DNA of 64,000 nucleotides from positions 64,001 through 128,000 of the forward strand of contig CAXXTU010000001.1 of assembly GCA_963662655.2 (NCBI GenBank), written 5' to 3'. The notes under the pieces are model-generated. The model was not told the origin of the DNA. It was given only the letters and a program-made list of their open reading frames with translations, and searched no databases. Numbering within the stretch: position 1 is the first letter of the stretch; every line of letters begins with the position of its first letter. The position numbers and the translations under genes were made by a program. This stretch comes from Candidatus Cloacimonadales bacterium (GTDB taxonomy: Bacteria > Cloacimonadota > Cloacimonadia > Cloacimonadales > JAIOQZ01). Shown piece by piece: positions 52,287 to 61,683 of this stretch.

Positions 52287-53381
52287 ATGAAAGTTGCTAT
52301 GATTATATTCATGGGGGTGATTTGTATGTCCCTTTTCGCTCAAAGTTTACTGAACGGTCCGGAAGGTGTTACGTGGGACCCGATCGGCTATCGCTACTTC
52401 GTCGCAAACTACAGCAGTAACAATATCATCGCGATCGACCTCGAAGGTAACGAGACGGTTTATGCAGAAGGCACGACCCAACCCCTCGGCGTTCTTGTCC
52501 ATGAAAGAATGCTCTACGTTACGGGAAACAATCCGCCGACTTTGTACGGTTACAGCTTGGACACCGACTTCCTCATGCTCGAGATGGGAATCGATAACTG
52601 CCTTGCATGCGCCGAGTTATGCGCTGACGATTCAGGGAACCTGTACATCGCGGATCAGGGTGGAAAAATCCACAAGATCGATCTGGCAGCCGGCGAGAGT
52701 GAAGTATGGATCAGCGGAGGAATGCCATCCGGCCCCCAGGGCGTAGCTTATGATCCCGCAGGCGAGAGATTGATCGTCGCGTGCTACGGAAGCGGCCCCA
52801 TCAAGGCGTTCGATATCAATACGCAGGAAGCTGAAAATCTGATTTCCTCGGCACCAGGACAATTTATCCAAATCTGTATGGACTCCGCCGGAAAAGTCTA
52901 CCTCTCATGCTGGAACGGCAATCGCGTCTATTGGTTTCAGCCCGGCGTGGTTGATGAACTTCACATCATCACGGGACTGGTAACCCGTCCCAGCGGCCTG
53001 TACGCCAATGAATCCACCGGCCAGCTCGCGGTCGCATCCTTCGCGTCCAGCAACATGAACTACTTCCCTCTCTCGATGGACGCCTCGCAGAGCGATACCC
53101 CGGAGTTGAACACGTTGATAACCGTCTCTCCCAATCCCTTCAACCCGGAAACGACGATCACCTACAACATCCCCGTGTCGTCCAGCGTCTCAATGAACGT
53201 CTACAACGCGCGGGGACAACGCATCACAACGCTGGTCGATCAAAACATGGAAGCAGGTACGTATAAAGTAGTCTGGAACGGCACCGACAACGTCGGGAAA
53301 GCAGTTTCATCCGGCGTGTATTTGCTTGTGCTAAAGTATCAAGGAAAAGAATTGAGCAGGAAAATGGTCCTCATGAAATAG
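52287..53381 (+). CDS. Secreted beta-propeller (SMP-30/NHL-like) protein with FlgD-Ig/T9SS-A-like tail
   Basis: GPEGVTWD, GNLYIAD, GPQGVAYD repeats; SPNPFNPETTI...KMVLMK. Confidence 0.8.
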   Translation: MKVAMIIFMGVICMSLFAQSLLNGPEGVTWDPIGYRYFVANYSSNNIIAIDLEGNETVYAEGTTQPLGVLVHERMLYVTGNNPPTLYGYSLDTDFLMLEMGIDNCLACAELCADDSGNLYIADQGGKIHKIDLAAGESEVWISGGMPSGPQGVAYDPAGERLIVACYGSGPIKAFDINTQEAENLISSAPGQFIQICMDSAGKVYLSCWNGNRVYWFQPGVVDELHIITGLVTRPSGLYANESTGQLAVASFASSNMNYFPLSMDASQSDTPELNTLITVSPNPFNPETTITYNIPVSSSVSMNVYNARGQRITTLVDQNMEAGTYKVVWNGTDNVGKAVSSGVYLLVLKYQGKELSRKMVLMK

Positions 53382-53419
53382 TGATTTGTGCGGTCTCATC
53401 CAATGGAGATCGTTGCGTG

Positions 53420-55630
53420 TCACAATCCTCGATTCAATCCTGAGTGCATGTAGAAACCATTTTTCAGCGGAAAATCCCGTTTCATCGAAGGGAGCAGGTG
53501 ATGGAACGAGAACGGCTCTGAAATCGGTTCTACATGCGCTTTTTCAGAAAGCCCCGCTCGATGCTTCGCATAGCGTATTGCATCCTCGATCCCACCGATC
53601 TCATCCGCCAGGCCACGCGTGAGGACATCGCTTCCCACAAGCAAATAGCCTTCCCCAAGCCGATTCACCTCAATCATGGGTATATCCCGCGCGGAAGAGA
53701 TTCGCGTCAGAAGCTGACGGTAATACACGCTAGCCATATTCTGATACTCCGAGCCATTCGCCTCGGTCGCGTAGATCATCTCGCTTCTTAGGCCCAGCTT
53801 CGAAAACAATCCTCCGGCGTCGAACCGGTATGCCGTTACGCCGAATCCACCTGAAACCGTGTAGCGGTCCACAAAAATACGTTCCGCGGGAAGCGCTAGA
53901 TAATACGCCCCCGAAGCACAGATACCCGAGCAGGAGATTACCACCGGTTTGCGCCGGTTGATCTCGCGGATTCTGTTCCAAAGCGAGGAAACGGCAGCCA
54001 CATCACCCCCGCCGCTATCGATACGCAATACGATAGCCTTATAGATAGAACCATTCTCCGCCCTCTCGAGTTGGCGCATGATGCGATCGAGACCGGCGAT
54101 TTTCCCGCCGAACATCGGCAGCGGCAGAATGCAGTCCCGGTCTTCACCCGGCATAATGTTACCCTGTATGTCGATCAATGCGATCCGGGATTCCACCGCC
54201 CAATCCCGCTGCATCGAGACCATTCCTTCAAGAGACTCGATCCGCGGCTCTGGAAATCGTTTGGACGGCTTCAGGAAGTTCTCGGCATTCCCGATGTATC
54301 CTTCCTCATCGATCAATCCCGCTTCAAGCGCCTGACTCGCCGTCATCGGAGAAGGCAAGGCGGTTATATCTTGCGTAATGCTCCGCGATTCCTTGATCGC
54401 TCTTTTAACGTCGTCAATCGCCTGACGCCGCAACGCCAGTACCTGCTCTTTGAGGTCTCCGGGCAATTCGCTTTCCTTGTAAGCATCGGATCCGCGGAAT
54501 TTCTCTCCTACTTGCCAGCTCTCCACGTCGATATCGAGCTCATCGAGTAGTCCACTCCATTGAAGGAGCGTCTGCCCGGTATCGCTCAGGTCGACACAAG
54601 CTGCCGGAGAAGCCACGATGTAATCCGCTGCGGAAGCGAGATAGAGGCTTTTCAGATCGGCGTAATCGAGGTAGCAGGCAACCTTTCCGTGCTTGCGGAA
54701 CCGCATCAATTCATTCCTGATTTCCTCAAGCTGCGCGAACGACGCATCCGGCTGTTGAACGTGCAGCAGAATGTTTCGCACTTTGGGATTCGCTTCTGCC
54801 TCTCGGATTTTTTCCAGTATCCGGAAATCGCCCTTTTGCCTTTCCATGAAAGAGAATCCCGAATCGTCCGTTGTGAAACCGTTTCCGACTTTTATGATCT
54901 CCATACGGTTTCCCGGCGTAAACAGACTCTGCCAGTCAACTGCCGACCACGTGACAATTTGCCTCGTGTTGTAGCTGTCGCTCTCTTTCCCCTGAGAGAG
55001 ATAGCCCACGGACAAGTGATCGAGACCGATGCGCAGCATGATCTGCCAGTTTTCGTCCTGGTCGTAATTCGCATCGAATTCCAGACCATTAAAGGGGCGT
55101 AGCACCGCCCCCATGAAATAGTAATCCCGGCTGTACTCCTCATCCGAGTAGTTCCAGAAGATTTCCTGCTCCGCGTACAGCGTCAGGTAATCGCGATACG
55201 GACGAACGGCCAGCCCCAGATTCATATCGGGTTTCTCATGGGCGAAATCGTAAACCGTCCAGCCCAGCGAGATTTGGTTGAACGGACGATACAATGCGCC
55301 GAAATCAAGTAGCGTGTCGTCCGCCTTGCGCATCAGGATGCCGGTGTGGAGGTTGCGTAATGGAGAAATAGCCCCGCCAAGGTAATATCGCTCGTTGTCG
55401 AAGTCGTACGAATAGGCAAAATAACGCGGGAAACGGAAGGTCAGCATTTGTTCGCGGTTATCGTTGTAATCGAACAGGTAGGATACACCGCAATCCCGAT
55501 CTCCCGATAGAAAAGCGGGATTGTATAAATATGATTCCATTCCGGTGAAGACCGAATTGGAGTAATTCAACGCATTGGATAAACTTATCATTGACAAAAG
55601 CGCAAAAAGGAGCAATATCCTTGTTTTCAT
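53420..55630 (-). CDS. SppA-like (S49) peptidase fused to an N-terminal beta-strand-rich domain
   Basis: YLASAAD, VLRIDSGGG, CASGAYY, GLADEIGG; N-terminal aromatic beta-strands (NPA, GLAVRP). Confidence 0.78.
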   Translation of the reverse strand: MKTRILLLFALLSMISLSNALNYSNSVFTGMESYLYNPAFLSGDRDCGVSYLFDYNDNREQMLTFRFPRYFAYSYDFDNERYYLGGAISPLRNLHTGILMRKADDTLLDFGALYRPFNQISLGWTVYDFAHEKPDMNLGLAVRPYRDYLTLYAEQEIFWNYSDEEYSRDYYFMGAVLRPFNGLEFDANYDQDENWQIMLRIGLDHLSVGYLSQGKESDSYNTRQIVTWSAVDWQSLFTPGNRMEIIKVGNGFTTDDSGFSFMERQKGDFRILEKIREAEANPKVRNILLHVQQPDASFAQLEEIRNELMRFRKHGKVACYLDYADLKSLYLASAADYIVASPAACVDLSDTGQTLLQWSGLLDELDIDVESWQVGEKFRGSDAYKESELPGDLKEQVLALRRQAIDDVKRAIKESRSITQDITALPSPMTASQALEAGLIDEEGYIGNAENFLKPSKRFPEPRIESLEGMVSMQRDWAVESRIALIDIQGNIMPGEDRDCILPLPMFGGKIAGLDRIMRQLERAENGSIYKAIVLRIDSGGGDVAAVSSLWNRIREINRRKPVVISCSGICASGAYYLALPAERIFVDRYTVSGGFGVTAYRFDAGGLFSKLGLRSEMIYATEANGSEYQNMASVYYRQLLTRISSARDIPMIEVNRLGEGYLLVGSDVLTRGLADEIGGIEDAIRYAKHRAGLSEKAHVEPISEPFSFHHLLPSMKRDFPLKNGFYMHSGLNRGL

Positions 55631-55714
55631 ACAATCCTCAAACCGGTTTATTATTCTGCTTTCATAAGTAATGGAAAGAGCCTGAAACTGTCAAGCGTTC
55701 TGATTACAACCTTT

Positions 55715-56911
55715 TTACAGCACAATCAACGCAACGACGAACACGAGAGCGATTGTGATCACGCCCGGAGCCCACACGCGCATCAGGAACGACTTCAGGC
55801 TGGTTCCGAAAAACTCCAGCGTCACCAATATACAGGGATGCAGGGGTGAAATCACGTAACCCATGAAGACCGACATATACATCAGGGTGAACGCCATATA
55901 GCCGATCTCACCGAATTTGGCGTAATAGAGAGGCAGCAGAATCGACATCCCCAACTGCGTGCGTGCCGTGATGAATCCCACAAGCGCTCCGATCCCCACT
56001 ACGAGGACCGCAGGAGATACGTCGAACGCGGCAATCACATCGGGTATGCCGGCCGTCTTGAACGTATTGAGAAACAAGAAGATCGCCAGCATCAGGAGAT
56101 AGAAATTCCAGGGCTTCATCTTCCGTGCCGATTTGAAGAAATCGGGTCTGGACAGTCTCCCGGCTACGATTGCCAGGATCAACGAGAGGCTTACGCCGAT
56201 GAGCAGGAACAGCTCGTCCATCACGCCCGGGAAAATGTGGCTCAGCACAAATTGCGTGACAGGCGCCGCCAGAATGATCCCGATCGGAACCAGCACCTTT
56301 ACGATGTCTCGTTTCCCCTGTATCATCAGCCGACCCTTGACTTTACGCAAGAAGAAGAAGTAGCCCAGAACGGTTATCAGCAGAGCGCCGGGTATGAGAT
56401 AGACCATTGCGGTGAACATGCTCAGGTGCGCGTCCTGAATCGTGGAAACCATTTTCGTCGTCGGCAACAGCGCAGCCAGGGGATAGATGAATGTCAGTAC
56501 ATGACGGAACCACACGTTGATAACCGCGTAATCGCGGTCGCTTATATCGTCTCCGGCGCGGAACACCAGCGGCGCGGATAGAAGCGCGCCGCCCGGAACG
56601 GGAAGAAGTCCCAGGAAAGCCGGAGCCGACATCAGATACGCGTCCCGGCGCATATTGAGATTGCTCACCATGCCGGTCAGCATTCCCGACGCTTGCAACA
56701 CACCACCGATGATGGGAATAATCCCCACGGCAACCGCCATGAACTGCAACGATGGATCGCCAATCGTTTGCAGAATCAAATGCAGAAACGCCAGCGGCTT
56801 CAACAGGATGAATCCGATCACCGCGCAGGCCGAAAGCAGCGCTATCCAAATGCTCTTTCTTGCCAGCGAGAACAGAACGATCAGAGCTATCCCGAGCGTG
56901 ATCCACTTCAT
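55715..56911 (-). CDS. DUF401-like multi-TM membrane protein
   Basis: GLLPVPGGALLSAP, NVWFRH, SPLHPC; ATG overlaps the yjbQ stop. Confidence 0.8.
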   Translation of the reverse strand: MKWITLGIALIVLFSLARKSIWIALLSACAVIGFILLKPLAFLHLILQTIGDPSLQFMAVAVGIIPIIGGVLQASGMLTGMVSNLNMRRDAYLMSAPAFLGLLPVPGGALLSAPLVFRAGDDISDRDYAVINVWFRHVLTFIYPLAALLPTTKMVSTIQDAHLSMFTAMVYLIPGALLITVLGYFFFLRKVKGRLMIQGKRDIVKVLVPIGIILAAPVTQFVLSHIFPGVMDELFLLIGVSLSLILAIVAGRLSRPDFFKSARKMKPWNFYLLMLAIFLFLNTFKTAGIPDVIAAFDVSPAVLVVGIGALVGFITARTQLGMSILLPLYYAKFGEIGYMAFTLMYMSVFMGYVISPLHPCILVTLEFFGTSLKSFLMRVWAPGVITIALVFVVALIVL

Positions 56912-57312
56912 CAGCATTCGGATATCCCCAGGATACACTTGCGGTTGCGCGGTCCGTCGAACTCGCAGAACCAGACACCCTGCCAGGTCCCCAGAACTGC
57001 CTCGCCATCCTTCACCAGGATATCTTGCGAGCACCCGAAGAGGCTGCTCTTGATGTGGGCGTCGGAGTTGCCTTCCATGTGATGGAATCCGCTGCTCTGC
57101 GGGATCAGCTTCGTTAGGAACATCAGGATATCCCGCGGGACATCCGGATCGGCGTTTTCGTTGATGGTCACAGCCGCGGTTGTGTGTGGCACATGGACGG
57201 TCATACGCCCGTTCACGATACCGGATTCTCTTACAAACTGAATCACTTCGCGAGTGATATCCACCATCTGGTTACGCTGCGCCGTGCGGACTGCTATCGT
57301 CTTGTACTGCAT
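56911..57312 (-). CDS. yjbQ: YjbQ / UPF0047 family protein
   Basis: PHTTAAVTINENADPDV, HMEGNSDAHIKSSL, LGTWQG, EFDGPR. Confidence 0.93.
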   Translation of the reverse strand: MQYKTIAVRTAQRNQMVDITREVIQFVRESGIVNGRMTVHVPHTTAAVTINENADPDVPRDILMFLTKLIPQSSGFHHMEGNSDAHIKSSLFGCSQDILVKDGEAVLGTWQGVWFCEFDGPRNRKCILGISEC

Positions 57313-57392
57313 AAGGTTCTCCTTTGACTGTGAAGGCTGGTTTCACGGGCGTGGATGTCAATGAAAATGTGTGTATGCATTCATCGGTTCGA

Positions 57393-57520
57393 GACGTTAG
57401 CAGATTCGTTCGATCCCCGCCTGCACAGGGTGTTCCACAGCCTTGTCGCCTTACATTAGTCCATTCTCAAGGGTGTGGTATATCCCTGTGCAGGCGGGGA
57501 TCGGGCGAAGATGCCACGTC
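57393..57520 (+). repeat. Long-hairpin element family H, copy 3 (divergent, compensatory changes)
   Basis: Same end motifs and internal loops as copies 1 and 2; central stem replaced but still fully paired. Confidence 0.8.
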
Positions 57521-57529
57521 GTTAGCGCA

Positions 57530-58039
57530 TTACACTTCCACCCAATACTGCCGGAACAGCTTACCTTCATACGTGGAAGTGGTATACTCCTTCCCGCCGT
57601 TGTTCTCGATCGTCTTCGCCGAACCGATATTGTCGTCGTGGCAAGTGATCAGAACACTTTCGTATCCCTTGTTCCGGGCAATCGCCAGCATGTGGCGTAG
57701 CATGAGCGTCGCGTAACCCTTCCTGCGCTCGGTAGGACGTACTCCGTAACCGATATGTCCGCCGAAATGCTCCAGAAAATCATTGAGCTCATGCCGAAAT
57801 TGGATCGCGCCACAAATACGCCCCCGGGCATCGACCAGGTAGTACAACGTTGCGGGAACCAGTCCCGGCTCGCACGTTTCCCACGATGAAGCCAATTCCC
57901 AATATTCCTTAAGCTCCTCGTACGTGAGCTTCCCATTGATGATCGCCGAAGGAGATACCGGTTCGCCCGATGCGAGAATCTCCTCGATGTATTCATAGTA
58001 AGCTTCTCTCGTAATTCCATCAAATCTAACAAGTCGCAT
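57530..58039 (-). CDS. GNAT family N-acetyltransferase (paralog 2)
   Basis: FRHELNDFL..FGGHIGYGVRPTERRKGYAT, DNIGSAKTIENNGG. Confidence 0.9.
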   Translation of the reverse strand: MRLVRFDGITREAYYEYIEEILASGEPVSPSAIINGKLTYEELKEYWELASSWETCEPGLVPATLYYLVDARGRICGAIQFRHELNDFLEHFGGHIGYGVRPTERRKGYATLMLRHMLAIARNKGYESVLITCHDDNIGSAKTIENNGGKEYTTSTYEGKLFRQYWVEV

Positions 58040-58073
58040 CATAACTCCTTCATCGTTTCGAGACGTTAGCGCT

Positions 58074-58583
58074 TTACAATTCAATCCAATACTGCCGGAA
58101 CAGCATACCTTCATACGTGGAAGTGGTGAATTCCCTCACGCCGTTGTTCTCGATTGTTTTGGCCGAACCGATATTGTCGTCGTTGCAGGTGATGAACACA
58201 CGGTCATAGCCTTTCTCGCGAGCCACATCCAGCATCATCTTCAGCATCATAGTTGCATACCCTTTCCGCCGCTCGGATGGACGAACGATATATCCGATGT
58301 GACCACCGAAGTGCTTCAGGAAGTCGTTGAGCTCGTGCCGGAAATGGGTCGAGCCATAGATTCGCCCCTTATCGCTGACCATGAAATACAATGTCGATGG
58401 CATCCAACCGTCAGGACAATTCTCTACCATCGTCTCGTCTCTCCATTGCTCAACCGTCTCCTCGAATGAACATGTCTCCCGCACAAGCACCGACGGCACA
58501 CTGATTTCTCCCGCCTCATCCAGCTCTCGGATGTAATCGTTGTATTCTTTCTCCGTAATCTTGTCGTATGGCACCAGTTTCAC
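58074..58583 (-). CDS. GNAT family N-acetyltransferase (paralog 1)
   Basis: Same motifs; tandem duplicate of the adjacent gene. Confidence 0.9.
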   Translation of the reverse strand: MKLVPYDKITEKEYNDYIRELDEAGEISVPSVLVRETCSFEETVEQWRDETMVENCPDGWMPSTLYFMVSDKGRIYGSTHFRHELNDFLKHFGGHIGYIVRPSERRKGYATMMLKMMLDVAREKGYDRVFITCNDDNIGSAKTIENNGVREFTTSTYEGMLFRQYWIEL

Positions 58584-58630
58584 GATTTCTCCTTTCGTTT
58601 GAACAAAAGACCTCCGAGAGGTTATTCTCC

Positions 58631-58657
58631 ATCCTGTAAATCATGTAAATCCTGAGA
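58631..58657. repeat. 9-nt tandem repeat (ATCCTGTAA-like, x3)
   Basis: atcctgtaa atcatgtaa atcctgaga. Confidence 0.55.
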
Positions 58658-58677
58658 AATCTGATTCAGACAAACAT

Positions 58678-58704
58678 AAAGGGGAGAACCGAAGCTCTCC
58701 CCTG
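58678..58704 (-). terminator. Terminator after valS
   Basis: ggggaga/tctcccc stem with T-run on the minus strand. Confidence 0.7.
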
Positions 58705-58722
58705 AATCTATTGCGATAATTT

Positions 58723-61371
58723 CTATCTCAAATCTTCGAGAAGAGCCCGAGTCTTTTCAAGCGTGACACGAACTTCCTCATACTTTTCCTTCTCTTTATC
58801 GACAACCTCTTGAGGAGCGCGAGCGGTGAAACTCTCGTTGTTCAGCTTGCCCTCGATGCGCTTCAGGTCTTGCGAAAGCTTTCCTTCCTGCTTCTCGAGA
58901 CGCGCGATTTCGCCGTCGATATCCACCAAACCCGTCAGCGGCAGGTAAATCTCGATATCGGTTACTACATCCGCAAGAGAAGGCTTCGGACGTGCCACAT
59001 CGGTTCCGACTGTCATCTCTTCGATCTTTGCCAGCTTGGAGAAGTAACCGAGATTCTCTTCGATGATCGATTTCTGTTCACCGGTGGCAACCCTGATCGA
59101 GACGTTGACCATCTTGCCCGGCGCTATACCCATCTGCTTGCGCAGGTTACGGATACAACTGATGCAATCCTGAACGAGTTGCATGTCGCTCTCGATGGTT
59201 GCCTCGATCATTCCATCGTCGCAAACCGGATACTTGGCGATGATCAGCGCTTCCTCTTGCAGCGGCATCTGCTCCTTCAAGCTCTGCCAGATTTCCTCGG
59301 TAATGAACGGCATCAGCGGATGAAGAAGCCGCATGGAATGCTCCAGCACGTGCAGAAGGATGTACTTCGCTGTGCGTTGCGCCTTCTTGTTGTCCTCGTT
59401 GTAAATACGATCCTTGCTGAGCTCCAGATACCACGAGCAGAACTCCTTCCAGATGAATTCCTGGATGAGCTGCGCGGCATCGTTGAACCGAACGTTGGCA
59501 AAATCTTCGTTCGCCTGCTTTGTCACCTGATTCAAGCGAGAAAGAATCCATTTGTCAGCAAGCTCCAGCTCGAGCTCGTCTTCCTTCGGGAGCCCTTCGA
59601 TCTTCTCCACGCTCATCATGATGAAGCGATACGCGTTCCATATCTTGTTCGCGAAATTGCGTCCGTTCTCGATGACAGATTCCGAGAAGTAGCTGTCCTG
59701 ACCGCGCGGCGTATTGAAGATCATGCTGAAGCGGAGCGCGTCGGCGCCATAGATCGCGATGAGGTCGATCGGATCGGGCGAATTGCCCAGCGACTTGCTC
59801 ATCTTGCGGCCCTGCTCGTCCAGAACCATCCCATGCAGGAACACGGTATCGAACGGAATCTTGCCCGTGAACTCCAGCGTAGACATGATCATCCGCGCCA
59901 CCCAGAGGTAGATGATTCCGGGCGCGGTAACCAGCAAATTCGTCGGCAGGAAGTACTCGAGGTCCTGCGTCTTCTCCGGCCAACCCATCGTCGAGAAGGG
60001 CCACAGCCATGAGGAAAACCAGGTATCGAGCACGTCTTCGTCCTGACGGAGTTTATCGCTTCCGCACTTCGGGCAGGTTGTCGGATCCTCTTCGGAGACG
60101 ATCATCTCGCCGCATTCGCAGTACCACGCAGGGATGCGATGTCCCCACCAAATCTGGCGAGAGATACACCAGTCGCGGATGTTCTCCATCCAGTGCAGGT
60201 AAACCTTCGTCCAGCGCTCTGGAATGAACTTCACCTCTCCCGAGTTCACCACGTCGATTGCGGGTTCGGCGAGCGGTTGCATGCGCACGAACCACTGATC
60301 GGAAAGATAGGGCTCAATGACGGTTGCACAGCGGTAGCAATGTCCCACCGCATGCTGATGATCCTCGATCTTGTTCAGAAGCCGCTGCTGCTTGAGCAGT
60401 TCAACGATCTTCTCACGGCAGGCGAACCGGTCCATGCCCTTGAAGAGCGGACTCGCGTTCTCGTTCATGATGCCGTGATCGTCCATCACGAGGATGGGCT
60501 CCAGACCGTGGCGCTGTCCCATCATGAAGTCGTTGGGATCGTGCGCCGGGGTGATCTTCACGCACCCGGTTCCGAAGTCTTTGTCGACGTATTCGTCCGC
60601 GATAATGGGAATCTCTCGCCCGACGAACGGCAGCAGCACCGTCTTACCGATCATGTGCTTGTAGCGCTCGTCGTTCGGATTCACCGCCACCGCAACGTCG
60701 CCCAGCATGGTTTCCGGTCGGGTGGTGGCGACGGTCACGAAGTCGCTTCCGTCACTGAACGGATAGCAGAGGTACCAGAGTTTTCCGGTCTCGTCCTCGT
60801 GATCCACTTCGTCGTTGGAGAGCGCGGTATTGCATCGCGGACACCAGTTGATGATGTAGTTGCCCTTGTAGATCAGGTCCTTTTCATAGAGGTGCACAAA
60901 CACCTTGCGAACCGCGCGAGAGAGCACGTCGTCCATGGTGTAACGCTCGCGTGACCAGTCGCAGGAAGCGCCGAGCTGCTTGAGCTGCTCGATGATGCGA
61001 CCGCCCTTCTGCTCCTTCCATTCCCAGATGCGTTCCACGAGCTTCTCGCGTCCCACGTCGAAACGGGTGAGTCCCTCTTTCGCGAGCTCCTTCTCCACCA
61101 CGTTCTGCGTGGCGATTCCGGCGTGGTCCACACCGGGGAGCCAGAGGGTTGGCCTACCGGTCATGCGCTGATAGCGCACCATCACGTCCTGATAGGTGTT
61201 GTTGAGCACGTGGCCCATGTGTAGGATGCCGGTCACATTCGGCGGCGGAATCAGGATGGTGTAAGGCTCCTTGTCCTTGCCGATCTTCGGCGTGAACATG
61301 CCCTTATCCATCCAGTATTTATACCACTTCTTCTCGGTGGCTTGCGGTTGATATATTTTCTCGATATCCAT
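58723..61371 (-). CDS. valS: Valine--tRNA ligase
   Basis: PPPNVTGILHMGH, DWCISRQIWWGHRIP, KMSKS, C-terminal coiled coil. Confidence 0.98.
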   Translation of the reverse strand: MDIEKIYQPQATEKKWYKYWMDKGMFTPKIGKDKEPYTILIPPPNVTGILHMGHVLNNTYQDVMVRYQRMTGRPTLWLPGVDHAGIATQNVVEKELAKEGLTRFDVGREKLVERIWEWKEQKGGRIIEQLKQLGASCDWSRERYTMDDVLSRAVRKVFVHLYEKDLIYKGNYIINWCPRCNTALSNDEVDHEDETGKLWYLCYPFSDGSDFVTVATTRPETMLGDVAVAVNPNDERYKHMIGKTVLLPFVGREIPIIADEYVDKDFGTGCVKITPAHDPNDFMMGQRHGLEPILVMDDHGIMNENASPLFKGMDRFACREKIVELLKQQRLLNKIEDHQHAVGHCYRCATVIEPYLSDQWFVRMQPLAEPAIDVVNSGEVKFIPERWTKVYLHWMENIRDWCISRQIWWGHRIPAWYCECGEMIVSEEDPTTCPKCGSDKLRQDEDVLDTWFSSWLWPFSTMGWPEKTQDLEYFLPTNLLVTAPGIIYLWVARMIMSTLEFTGKIPFDTVFLHGMVLDEQGRKMSKSLGNSPDPIDLIAIYGADALRFSMIFNTPRGQDSYFSESVIENGRNFANKIWNAYRFIMMSVEKIEGLPKEDELELELADKWILSRLNQVTKQANEDFANVRFNDAAQLIQEFIWKEFCSWYLELSKDRIYNEDNKKAQRTAKYILLHVLEHSMRLLHPLMPFITEEIWQSLKEQMPLQEEALIIAKYPVCDDGMIEATIESDMQLVQDCISCIRNLRKQMGIAPGKMVNVSIRVATGEQKSIIEENLGYFSKLAKIEEMTVGTDVARPKPSLADVVTDIEIYLPLTGLVDIDGEIARLEKQEGKLSQDLKRIEGKLNNESFTARAPQEVVDKEKEKYEEVRVTLEKTRALLEDLR

Positions 61372-61457
61372 CGATTACTCCTATGTATGCAAATCATTGG
61401 GACTGCTACCAGCAGTCAATCTTTTTTATGCCGCTGTTGTTTCGGTTGCTACACAGA

Positions 61458-61607
61458 TCACTCTGACTACCTCAATGTCACTCTGACTACCTAAATGTCA
61501 CCATGACTACCTCATTGTCACTCTGAGCGGAGTCGAAGGGGCATTCTCACTACCTCAATGTCAGCATGACTACCTCAATGTCACCTTGAGCGGAGTCGAA
61601 GGGGCAT
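61458..61607. repeat. 20-nt tandem repeat array interspersed with two REP-like units
   Basis: tcactctgactacctcaatg-type units (x3, then a partial and a fourth unit) and two tcaNNNtgagcggagtcgaaggggcat units. Confidence 0.85.
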
Positions 61608-61683
61608 ACAACTGGCAACCCAAACACAGCGAGAGCACGTTATGATTCTTGTGGAAAATTGTAAGACCTGCCTGTTAAGTGGT

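Noticed and set aside
57393..57530. Canonical integron attC site (GCTAAC just after the GNAT stop)
   Set aside because: The second GCTAAC is a direct repeat rather than an inverted GTTRRRY; copies 1 and 2 lack R boxes; no intI seen.
61458..61607. CRISPR array
   Set aside because: The units are directly tandem with no unique spacers, and no cas genes are in the window.
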